Source: Candidatus Heimdallarchaeota archaeon
GTDB taxonomy: Archaea > Asgardarchaeota > Heimdallarchaeia > Heimdallarchaeales > Heimdallarchaeaceae
Assembly (NCBI GenBank): GCA_016840095.1
Contig: JAEOSZ010000035.1
Coordinates: 1 to 11,343 of the forward strand
Length of the DNA stretch: 11,343 nucleotides
Direction of reading: 5' to 3'
Positions 1 through 7,292 of this stretch are shown one piece after another. Within the stretch, counting starts at the first letter, position 1. Each line of letters starts with the position of its first letter. A program made the position numbers and the translations under genes. The notes below the pieces were generated by a model. That model did not search any database. It was given only the letters and a program-made list of their open reading frames with translations, and was not told where the DNA came from.

Positions 1-1331
1 ATGTTCGAGGATCCAGCTCCTGCGACTGGAGATTCTGTATTATTTCCTAAGTTTATGAACACATTGTAGTAGATAATTACATCAGTACATCCCCAGAGTA
101 CCAATGCTGGTTCATTTCCAGCATCTTCTACAACTATTGTAACAATATTGAATTTAATTACTACATTATCACTGTCTTCTAGATACATACCAGCGTCATT
201 GATTTCCAGCAGAGTGTTATTAAACATATTTAGATTAAATCCATAGAAAATATCTATACCATAATCAAATCCTGTAAGCCTGTTATTTATCAGAGCAATG
301 TCGAAGACATTATTGATATCAATTCCATTAGAAAATCCTTCAAGATTCGTGTTCTTGATTTGAAGTCCTGTGGTTTGCTTTACTTCTATTCCACTTTTAC
401 CTATGACTTCTACATTGTCTATTTCAACATCTGTACAGTTATGTACTTGTATTCCAAATTGAGAACCACTTAAAGTTTGATCACTAATTTTAGTGTTTAT
501 TGAGTTTACAAGGAATATTTGTCCATATTGGTTGCTGCTTATTATCTCTCCTGTTTTATTGTAGAAGAATCCATATGGTTTTCCATTAATACTATTACTT
601 ACGAAAGTATTACTTGTGGTTTCTGTAAGATCGTTATTCAAATTGAAGTGAAATCCACCATCGTAAAAGATGTTGTTTTCAAAAACTGAGTCTTTTACAT
701 TATACAGTGTCAATTGTGAATCGTTTCCATAGAAGATGTTATTTTTGATAACATTATCTTCATCCTTTATTCTCATTAATTTAGTACTATAAGGACTATC
801 TGCATATAGGATGTTGCTAGTATATGTTAAACCTTTATTGTAGTTTCCTCCTCCATCTCTGTAACGAAGAGTGTTGTTATGAACAGTAAGATATTTTGCA
901 TTTGGAGTACCTATAGTAAGGTCACCTTCAATTGTACAGTTGATGATAGAACCTTTTCCATCAATATTATCAGAGATATAAACTCCATAGGTACTTCTGC
1001 CTATAATTGTTGAATCCCTAAGTTCCCAAAAAGTTGAAAGCGAAACACCATCAAACTCTAGCGCAGTACCATCAGTCGTATCTATGTGCAGGTTATCTAT
1101 AATGTAAGGATCACCTTCAGTTCCTGTCCCTGAAGAACTTAGAGCTGAGATATTTGCATCTGAAACAACGATACCTTCAGTCCAGTATTGTAGTTTTGCT
1201 TGTGGATTTTGGTTTGTTTCTGCAATGATCACGTTAGACTGATTATTCATAAATTGAATTATCAATAGAGAAGATAGAATTATCGCTAAACCTAATTTAA
1301 TGGTCTTTTTCTGTTTTATTCTAATTGTCAT
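1..1331 (-). CDS. Secreted/cell-surface right-handed parallel beta-helix repeat protein (NosD/CASH-like), 3' end beyond the window edge
   Basis: Hand translation from ATG at 1331 is stop-free to the left edge (443 full codons): MTIRIKQKKTIKLGLAIILSSLLIIQF (basic + hydrophobic signal/anchor), GTGTEGDPYIIDNL, NGKPYGFFYN, and repeated GIxI/NNxI-type PbH1 units (GIQVHNCTDVEIDN, GIDINNVFDIALINN, GMYLEDSDNVVIKFN). Absent from the supplied ORF track, presumably because it has no stop in the window. Confidence 0.9.
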   Translation of the reverse strand, partial: MTIRIKQKKTIKLGLAIILSSLLIIQFMNNQSNVIIAETNQNPQAKLQYWTEGIVVSDANISALSSSGTGTEGDPYIIDNLHIDTTDGTALEFDGVSLSTFWELRDSTIIGRSTYGVYISDNIDGKGSIINCTIEGDLTIGTPNAKYLTVHNNTLRYRDGGGNYNKGLTYTSNILYADSPYSTKLMRIKDEDNVIKNNIFYGNDSQLTLYNVKDSVFENNIFYDGGFHFNLNNDLTETTSNTFVSNSINGKPYGFFYNKTGEIISSNQYGQIFLVNSINTKISDQTLSGSQFGIQVHNCTDVEIDNVEVIGKSGIEVKQTTGLQIKNTNLEGFSNGIDINNVFDIALINNRLTGFDYGIDIFYGFNLNMFNNTLLEINDAGMYLEDSDNVVIKFNIVTIVVEDAGNEPALVLWGCTDVIIYYNVFINLGNNTESPVAGAGSSN

Positions 1332-1353
1332 TAATATAGTAATGCTCTTACTT

Positions 1354-1370
1354 TTCTTAAACTTTTATCC
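1354..1370 (-). promoter_or_regulatory. Putative archaeal BRE/TATA promoter of the beta-helix gene
   Basis: Minus strand GGATAAAAG-TTTAAGAA; the TATA-like box begins 30 nt upstream of the ATG at 1331. Confidence 0.5.
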
Positions 1371-1925
1371 TTATTTTAGCATTACTTCTGCAGTTAATTC
1401 TGATCTTTTTTCTTTTCTATTCAGAACTTTGAATCCACTCAAAATCTTTTCCCATTCATCCTTTTTCATGTAACTAATTGAACCTTTTGCAACTGCTAGG
1501 AATGCATGTCCATTTGGTTTGAGTATTCTCTTTATCTCACTCACAGCTGATTGTTGATTCTCAGGAGTCATACAACACAGCAAACCATTTGCATAAACAA
1601 AATCTATAGAACTATCTTCAATGAAACTTAATTCTGAAGCACTGGTTGCGTGAGATTCAATATTGTTATAACCATGTTTTTTTGCCTTCTTGTTTAAAGC
1701 ACTAATACCTCTTTCATCAAAATCAACTGAGTAAACCTTTCCTTCAGGACCGATTATTTTTGCGAAGTGTAAAGAATAATAGCCCGGACCACAACCTAAA
1801 TCAGCAACAGTCTGTCCTTCTTCTACAAATTGTTCGATAAACTTCTTTGGAGGTTCAAATAATCTCGATATTTTATGTGCTAGTAAAGGGAATTTTTTGT
1901 CCTTAGGTTCTTTATTTTTAGGCAT
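1371..1925 (-). CDS. Class I SAM-dependent methyltransferase (Methyltransf_11/31-like)
   Basis: Motif I VADLGCGPG, acidic post-strand-2 SVDFD, IEDSSIDFV, and EIKRILKPNG. The track start at 1937 is TTG; the first ATG is at 1925 (start uncertain). TTTAAATA on the minus strand at 1966-1959. Confidence 0.9.
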   Translation of the reverse strand: MPKNKEPKDKKFPLLAHKISRLFEPPKKFIEQFVEEGQTVADLGCGPGYYSLHFAKIIGPEGKVYSVDFDERGISALNKKAKKHGYNNIESHATSASELSFIEDSSIDFVYANGLLCCMTPENQQSAVSEIKRILKPNGHAFLAVAKGSISYMKKDEWEKILSGFKVLNRKEKRSELTAEVMLK

Positions 1926-1986
1926 TGTTCTAACCAATCTAAAATACTCGTTTTGAGATATTTAAATCTATGTTGCATTTCTTATT

Positions 1987-4104
1987 TTAGAGATCATCCT
2001 TAGAGAAATTTAATTCTTCATCTAATAGGTAGTGACAAAACCATCTATAGTTTTGTAGCATCAAAGCATAGAAGTTTCTTGGATTGTTATAACCATGCCC
2101 TGCATCATTAAACATGAAATATTCAGTGTGAACTCCTTTATGTTTTAAGGCTCTGAATAATTCATTAGCACTAGCAATTCCTGTTCTTTGATCATTAGCT
2201 CCATGTTGAAGAAGCATAGGTGTTTTTGCATTTTCTATTCCAGATATTGGTGCTGTTCTCTTAATACTCTCCTCTCTCTCTTCAGAAAAAGGTTCTCCTG
2301 CAAGCAGTATTGAATTTCTATTGTCAGATGTTATGTAGTACGTATACCAGCTAGCCGCACAACTTCCAACGCTGACTGCTCTGAATCTATTCGAATGCAT
2401 TGCTGCAAAAGCACTGATGTAACCTCCTTGACTTGATCCCATAGAACCAATTCTGGTCTCATCAATAAATCCTTGCTCAACAAGGAAATCTATTCCTGAT
2501 TCAATATCCCAGAGATCCCCTACACCTAGATTATCAAAATTAAGTTCCTTAAACCATTGACCTCTTCCTAAAGAACCTCTATAATTTGGTGAGAGAATTA
2601 TAATTCCTTTATTACATAACTGTATAGTTGGGTGAAAATTCCTATCAGAACCAAATACTAAGGCTAAAGGAGTAGTAGCAGCTGGCCCCCCATGAATAAA
2701 TAATAGCAATGGATACTTCTTATTTGGGTCAAAATCACTTGGTTTCCTTAAAGTTCCTTCAATTTCGATTCCATCCTTGCTTTTCCATCGTATAGATTCA
2801 ACCTTACCACAATTCCAATGACTATACTTCTCATTGTTATCAGTAATTCTTTCAATTACTAGATCATTTCCTTTTTTCTTTCCTAGATATATCTCTTCAA
2901 AAGTATCCGCAGAATATCCGTTGAAACAAGCATCTCCTTTATCATTAAAATCAAAGAAAGCTTTTATTGATAGGTTTTGTAGGTTAAGTTTCTCGAATTC
3001 ACCTTTTTCGTTAAATCTTGAAAGCTCACATGTACTTTCATTAAAATAAGTAAGATATATACCAGACTTTGACCATTTTATTTCTAAAGGTTCCTGATCC
3101 AATTTATTGGTTAGACACAAGAGTAACTCTTTGACCTTTGATTCATTTTCTAAAACAATTTCATTTTCAGTTACATCAAGTATCCATAAATCTGATTGAG
3201 CATGATCTTCTTCATATCTTTCCTTGTGTTTGAGTAATATTTTTTCTCCATCTGGAGATGCAGCAAGTATTAATGAATCAGGAGGAAGAGCAATTTTAGT
3301 CACATTTCCAATGAATGAATAATCTTCTATTTTCTCTTTTTTACTTGCATATTCATTTATCATATTTAGTGCTTCATCTGCATTAAATTCAATTCTGTAA
3401 TGGTATTTTTCATTTTCAAAATGCAAATCAGCTTTATCTCTACAATTGAGATATATCGAATTAGTTTGAGGGGATACAACATATGATTCAATGTGAAATT
3501 TATTCTGAAATATTTTTGTGATTTCGAACTGTGAACTAGGTATGAATCTTTCCTCTTCTTCGAAGAAATTGATCTCATCTTCTTTATTTCTCTTTGCTAA
3601 TTCCATGTTTACATAGTATAATGCTGAAGAACCTGACTCCTCTTCTACATGTGAAAAGTTACCAATATGTTTGCTTTCTTTTGGTTGGGAAGATAGATAT
3701 GCAAATCCATTCTCGAAAATCTCAAAATTGTTTATAGATGCACAATGCTCAGTGATCCTAGTGGGTTCACCAAAAAGATCCTCATACACGTATATCTGTC
3801 TATTATTATCTGAAGTATTGAATCTAATAGTTGCCAAGGTATCATTATTAACCCATCTAAGATTGGATGAACAGTATTCATTGGTCAGCTTTCGGGTTTT
3901 TTGAGTTGAAACATCATAAATCAAACATTGAGGATTCCATTTGTTCTTCTTCAAGTTTAATGGTGCTTCTAAAAAAGCAATCTTATTACCAGCTGGATTA
4001 ATAGTTGAATATCCCAAATACGGATAAGTAAGCATGTCTTTAATCGTTGGTTTGTGTTTTGCTATTTCTTTATCCTTATTCATAATTTTCTTGAAAATTC
4101 TCAT
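1987..4104 (-). CDS. S9 family serine peptidase (acylaminoacyl/dipeptidyl-peptidase-like; beta-propeller + alpha/beta hydrolase)
   Basis: KKYPLLLFIHGGP, PNYRGSLGRG, nucleophile GSSQGG, catalytic Asp in HGANDQR, catalytic His in AGHG. No signal peptide. The start may be the second ATG at 4083. Confidence 0.95.
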   Translation of the reverse strand: MRIFKKIMNKDKEIAKHKPTIKDMLTYPYLGYSTINPAGNKIAFLEAPLNLKKNKWNPQCLIYDVSTQKTRKLTNEYCSSNLRWVNNDTLATIRFNTSDNNRQIYVYEDLFGEPTRITEHCASINNFEIFENGFAYLSSQPKESKHIGNFSHVEEESGSSALYYVNMELAKRNKEDEINFFEEEERFIPSSQFEITKIFQNKFHIESYVVSPQTNSIYLNCRDKADLHFENEKYHYRIEFNADEALNMINEYASKKEKIEDYSFIGNVTKIALPPDSLILAASPDGEKILLKHKERYEEDHAQSDLWILDVTENEIVLENESKVKELLLCLTNKLDQEPLEIKWSKSGIYLTYFNESTCELSRFNEKGEFEKLNLQNLSIKAFFDFNDKGDACFNGYSADTFEEIYLGKKKGNDLVIERITDNNEKYSHWNCGKVESIRWKSKDGIEIEGTLRKPSDFDPNKKYPLLLFIHGGPAATTPLALVFGSDRNFHPTIQLCNKGIIILSPNYRGSLGRGQWFKELNFDNLGVGDLWDIESGIDFLVEQGFIDETRIGSMGSSQGGYISAFAAMHSNRFRAVSVGSCAASWYTYYITSDNRNSILLAGEPFSEEREESIKRTAPISGIENAKTPMLLQHGANDQRTGIASANELFRALKHKGVHTEYFMFNDAGHGYNNPRNFYALMLQNYRWFCHYLLDEELNFSKDDL

Positions 4105-4139
4105 TGAAGCACTTATAAAGAAAAATCACATCTTGTACC

Positions 4140-4934
4140 CTAATTTTTAACAAACAGCAATGAAATAGTTCTATAAAGGATTCTTGAAAGGATTAGCTTT
4201 GGAATTCCAGTTTGATGTTCAGAGTAATAATTTATTTTTGGATTATCCCATCCTCTTTCCTTCCAATACTTATAATCTAATGGATGAGCTTTTTCAGGAT
4301 TTGCTCGTTCTCGTTGTTGTAGTTTGAAGATTGCTAATGATATTATAGACGGTCTCCTGAAACTCTTTTGTTTCATGCTTCTATATACCTTCTTTGAGAT
4401 TTTGGCTAAACTCGATTTATATTTCTTTTCTGTTTCTTCTTTAGTATCATGGTGACTGATAATGAAACCCGATCTTCCTAAGAAGTTAAAACCCCAGCTT
4501 AATAAAGCACCTACAATTGTATTATTCGTCTTCTTAGTAGATGATCCACCACTAGTGGAATAAACAAAAGCAGATTTCATGTAAAATTCTTGACGATGAC
4601 AAATGTAAGCTAATCGATCTATCAGTGCTTTCATCATTGAACTAACATTATCCACATAAACTGGACTTCCAAAGATAATCACATCAGCTGCATCAATTTT
4701 CGATTTAATTTTGTATAGTTCATCAGTTAAAGGACATTTGTCTTCTCCTCTATCCATACAATTTCTACAACCTAAACAATGTTTCAAGTTATAGTCAGCT
4801 AAAAATAGTTTCTCAACTTCCACATTTTTCCCATCTTCTGAAGCTTTCTTTTCTATATTTCTTTTTAGCAAAGAAGCAACCATAGAAGTATTTCCCTTTT
4901 TTCTCCCACTACCAATAATTATTAGTGCTTTCAT
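4140..4934 (-). CDS. Flavodoxin-fold NADPH-dependent FMN reductase family / iron-sulfur flavoprotein (Isf-like)
   Basis: GSGRKKGNT FMN-phosphate loop, CLGCRNCMDRGEDKC (CX2CX2CX7C, Isf-type 4Fe-4S motif), ADVIIFGSPVY, MKALIDRL. Confidence 0.92.
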   Translation of the reverse strand: MKALIIIGSGRKKGNTSMVASLLKRNIEKKASEDGKNVEVEKLFLADYNLKHCLGCRNCMDRGEDKCPLTDELYKIKSKIDAADVIIFGSPVYVDNVSSMMKALIDRLAYICHRQEFYMKSAFVYSTSGGSSTKKTNNTIVGALLSWGFNFLGRSGFIISHHDTKEETEKKYKSSLAKISKKVYRSMKQKSFRRPSIISLAIFKLQQRERANPEKAHPLDYKYWKERGWDNPKINYYSEHQTGIPKLILSRILYRTISLLFVKN

Positions 4935-4950
4935 TTCAAATGTTCTTGCG

Positions 4951-4968
4951 AAAAAACCTATTTATACT
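4951..4968. promoter_or_regulatory. TATA element in the divergent intergenic region
   Basis: Minus strand TATAAATA (4966-4959) begins 32 nt upstream of the ATG at 4934. The plus strand also reads AAAAAACCTATTTATA (BRE/TATA-like). Confidence 0.5.
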
Positions 4969-5077
4969 AATGTTTAACAATTGGCTAACAAAACCAATAT
5001 TTTCTGCAGGTAATTTTGAGATTCTTCAACCTTCTCTCTAACTTACCTATATTAAAGCTTAAACACAGAAGATTTCC

Positions 5078-5536
5078 ATGAGACTAGGAATTAAGAATCT
5101 CATAACAATCCTGCAACAGTTTACTATTACATCTTACATAGTATTTCTGATAGCAATGATAGCAGGAAATTTAGTAGCTGGAATTTATTCGATTCTTCCC
5201 TCAGCTGTAGTTGGTTGGGGTGCAACTGAACCAAGTTATTTAGGCTATGTTTCTCACTGTTCTTTTGCTCCATGGAGTACCATAATTTCAGTAGCAATAG
5301 CAGCAGTTGGAATCTTTTTGTTTGTAAAGTTAATCAAATACTTCAAAAAAAGGAACATCACCATTAAAGATGTACTGACTTATTTTGTGACTACAACAGT
5401 TATAGTAATTGCTTTTACTATACTATTCCCCTTTACAATATGTTTAATAGTTATTTTTGCAGTATACAGAATTTACAAATATCCTAAACTACAAATGAAT
5501 GATATCCCCAGCAATACTACAGAACTAAAGAACTAG
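5078..5536 (+). CDS. Uncharacterised small membrane protein with LGYxSHCSFAPxST loop
   Basis: 152 aa, 3-4 hydrophobic segments with basic flanks; loop EPSYLGYVSHCSFAPWSTIIS; TATATTAA at 5048, 30 nt upstream of the ATG. Confidence 0.8.
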   Translation: MRLGIKNLITILQQFTITSYIVFLIAMIAGNLVAGIYSILPSAVVGWGATEPSYLGYVSHCSFAPWSTIISVAIAAVGIFLFVKLIKYFKKRNITIKDVLTYFVTTTVIVIAFTILFPFTICLIVIFAVYRIYKYPKLQMNDIPSNTTELKN

Positions 5537-5548
5537 AAAGATATATTA

Positions 5549-5569
5549 CTTTCTTTTTCCTCTTTTTTT
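5549..5569 (+). terminator. Putative archaeal oligo(T)/pyrimidine-tract terminator
   Basis: 21-nt pure pyrimidine run CTTTCTTTTTCCTCTTTTTTT starting 13 nt after the stop at 5536. Confidence 0.5.
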
Positions 5570-5571
5570 GT

Positions 5572-6483
5572 ATGGATAAAGATGATCTCAAGATAGTTCT
5601 GCTTCTAATGATAAATTCAAGATTAACCTATAGAGAAATTGCAGATCAATTAAGATTGTCTGTTAATGCTGTTTACAGAAGAATAAACTCCTTGGTAAAT
5701 CTAGGAATAATACAGAAATTTACTGGAAAATTCAAATCTTATGCTCTTGAAGCACCTTATGTATTCGTTTTTGGAGAATGTGATAGCAAAGATCCAGACA
5801 AACTTCTAGATGATTTAGGGGCACATGAGAATACTACTCATATTATGCTTTCAAGTCGAGATTATATTTATCTTGGGGGATTTCTGAAGAACATCAAGGA
5901 TTTAGATAGTTACTCTACTTTCATTGCACAAACTGCAAAAATGAGTTCTCCAACTATAGGTTTTCTTTCTGGTGTCAACTCTGCTTCTCCAATCCCCTAC
6001 ATAGCTCCTACTGAAACTCCTGTGTCCTACACTAATCTAGATAAATTGATTATTAGATCAATTCACAATGATGCTAGAAAACCTATTTCTGAAATAGCAG
6101 AGGAAGTAAAAAGTACAACTAATACAGTAACTAGAAGATTAAGCAGTATGTATGAGAAAGGCCTACTAGAACTCTCAATTGAATTTTATCCTGCAACTTC
6201 AAATGATATATTCTCTGTCATTCAGCTTCAATTGAACTTGAATGAAGATAGAAGTAAATTTGCTCAGAGAATAATGGCAGACTTTTACCCTCATATTTTC
6301 TTCATCTGGAACTTCAGTAATTTGCCGAATTTTCTCTTATGTTGGGTTTGGTGTGATAATATGAAGCAGTTCAATGATATAACTTCAAAATTGAGAAAGG
6401 AAAACATAAATTCACTGACATCAGATATTGTCCATAGAGCTGCATTTTTCGATACGTGGAAAGAGGATTTATTATACGAATAA
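5572..6483 (+). CDS. Lrp/AsnC-like transcriptional regulator with two tandem wHTH + effector modules
   Basis: HTH1: MDKDDLKIVLLLMINSRLTYREIADQLRLSVNAVYRRINSL. HTH2: LDKLIIRSIHNDARKPISEIAEEVKSTTNTVTRRLSSM. Each is followed by a RAM-like alpha/beta segment; 303 aa is about twice a normal Lrp. Confidence 0.92.
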   Translation: MDKDDLKIVLLLMINSRLTYREIADQLRLSVNAVYRRINSLVNLGIIQKFTGKFKSYALEAPYVFVFGECDSKDPDKLLDDLGAHENTTHIMLSSRDYIYLGGFLKNIKDLDSYSTFIAQTAKMSSPTIGFLSGVNSASPIPYIAPTETPVSYTNLDKLIIRSIHNDARKPISEIAEEVKSTTNTVTRRLSSMYEKGLLELSIEFYPATSNDIFSVIQLQLNLNEDRSKFAQRIMADFYPHIFFIWNFSNLPNFLLCWVWCDNMKQFNDITSKLRKENINSLTSDIVHRAAFFDTWKEDLLYE

Positions 6484-6557
6484 AGCCATATGCATTAATT
6501 CTTTTTGACCGAATACTCTTCAATCGAAATTTGTATTAAAAAGAGATTAAATTGTTA

Positions 6558-6568
6558 AGATATATAAG
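6558..6568 (+). promoter_or_regulatory. Putative TATA box
   Basis: TATATAAG at 6561-6568, 33 nt upstream of the ATG at 6594. Confidence 0.55.
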
Positions 6569-6593
6569 AGAGTAATCCAATTTTATCTTTGCA

Positions 6594-7199
6594 ATGAATA
6601 TAAACGCAGAAATTTCTTGGTTTCAGAAATGGACATGGAAGACAGTGGGTTGGGCTTGTATTTGTTTTTTGCTTATAGGAATTGTAACAGGTTTATTCAC
6701 TTTCTTATTTGATGTTTTGCTTTTTGAAAATAAAATGGGGTATGCTTATCATTATTTCGTTCTGATATTTCAAACAATTATTCTTTACTTCTTCTATACA
6801 AAATTCAAAACAAATTGGTTTGGTGTTTTTGCTTTTGGTTTGAATGGATTAATTGGAATTGGTATTGAGTTGTGGTTAGAATATTATGAGAACCCTGTTC
6901 TGAAGTCCCCTTGGGCAGCAGTAGGTTGGGGAGCAATTTATGTTGGTTATGGATTAACAGCTGATCTCTCAATGTATTTAGTTAAAACAATGAAAAATGA
7001 AACTCTTGCAATCGTGTTATCCGCAGTAATTTTCTCGGCTATATCAATTGTTCTGAGCATAATACCCTTAAAATTATTCTATGTAGATTCCCCTGGAGTA
7101 ACTAAAGGTTTTCTAACTTATTGGTATTTCTTGATACCTTATGGAATTATACAAGGGGCAATTGGCGCATATGTTGGATTAAAGCTAGGTCAAAAGTGA
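6594..7199 (+). CDS. Integral membrane protein (~6 TM), possibly ECF transporter S-component-like
   Basis: 201 aa, six hydrophobic Gly-rich segments, GLTADL and C-terminal GAIGAYVGLKL patterns reminiscent of S components. The CDS is secure; the function is inferred. Confidence 0.7.
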   Translation: MNINAEISWFQKWTWKTVGWACICFLLIGIVTGLFTFLFDVLLFENKMGYAYHYFVLIFQTIILYFFYTKFKTNWFGVFAFGLNGLIGIGIELWLEYYENPVLKSPWAAVGWGAIYVGYGLTADLSMYLVKTMKNETLAIVLSAVIFSAISIVLSIIPLKLFYVDSPGVTKGFLTYWYFLIPYGIIQGAIGAYVGLKLGQK

Positions 7200-7292
7200 A
7201 TATATAACTAAGAAAAAAGAAGCACTTGAATTTAGTTAGCTTTAATAGTGTCTATAGGTTTTTGACTTTGAGTTCAGTGGGGAATTCTATCT

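Noticed and set aside
1-1331. nosD of a nitrous-oxide reductase cluster
   Set aside because: Only the generic beta-helix repeat is shared; no nos genes in the window.
2834-3904. Short ORFs 2834-3049 (+), 3366-3578 (-), 3671-3904 (+)
   Set aside because: Fully nested in the S9 peptidase (antisense or off-frame), with no motifs; shadow ORFs.
4113-7211. Sec/Pyl readthrough at TAG 4140-4142, TAG 5534-5536 or TGA 7197-7199
   Set aside because: Each is followed by another in-frame stop within a few to ~20 codons and does not fuse to the next gene; the proteins look complete.
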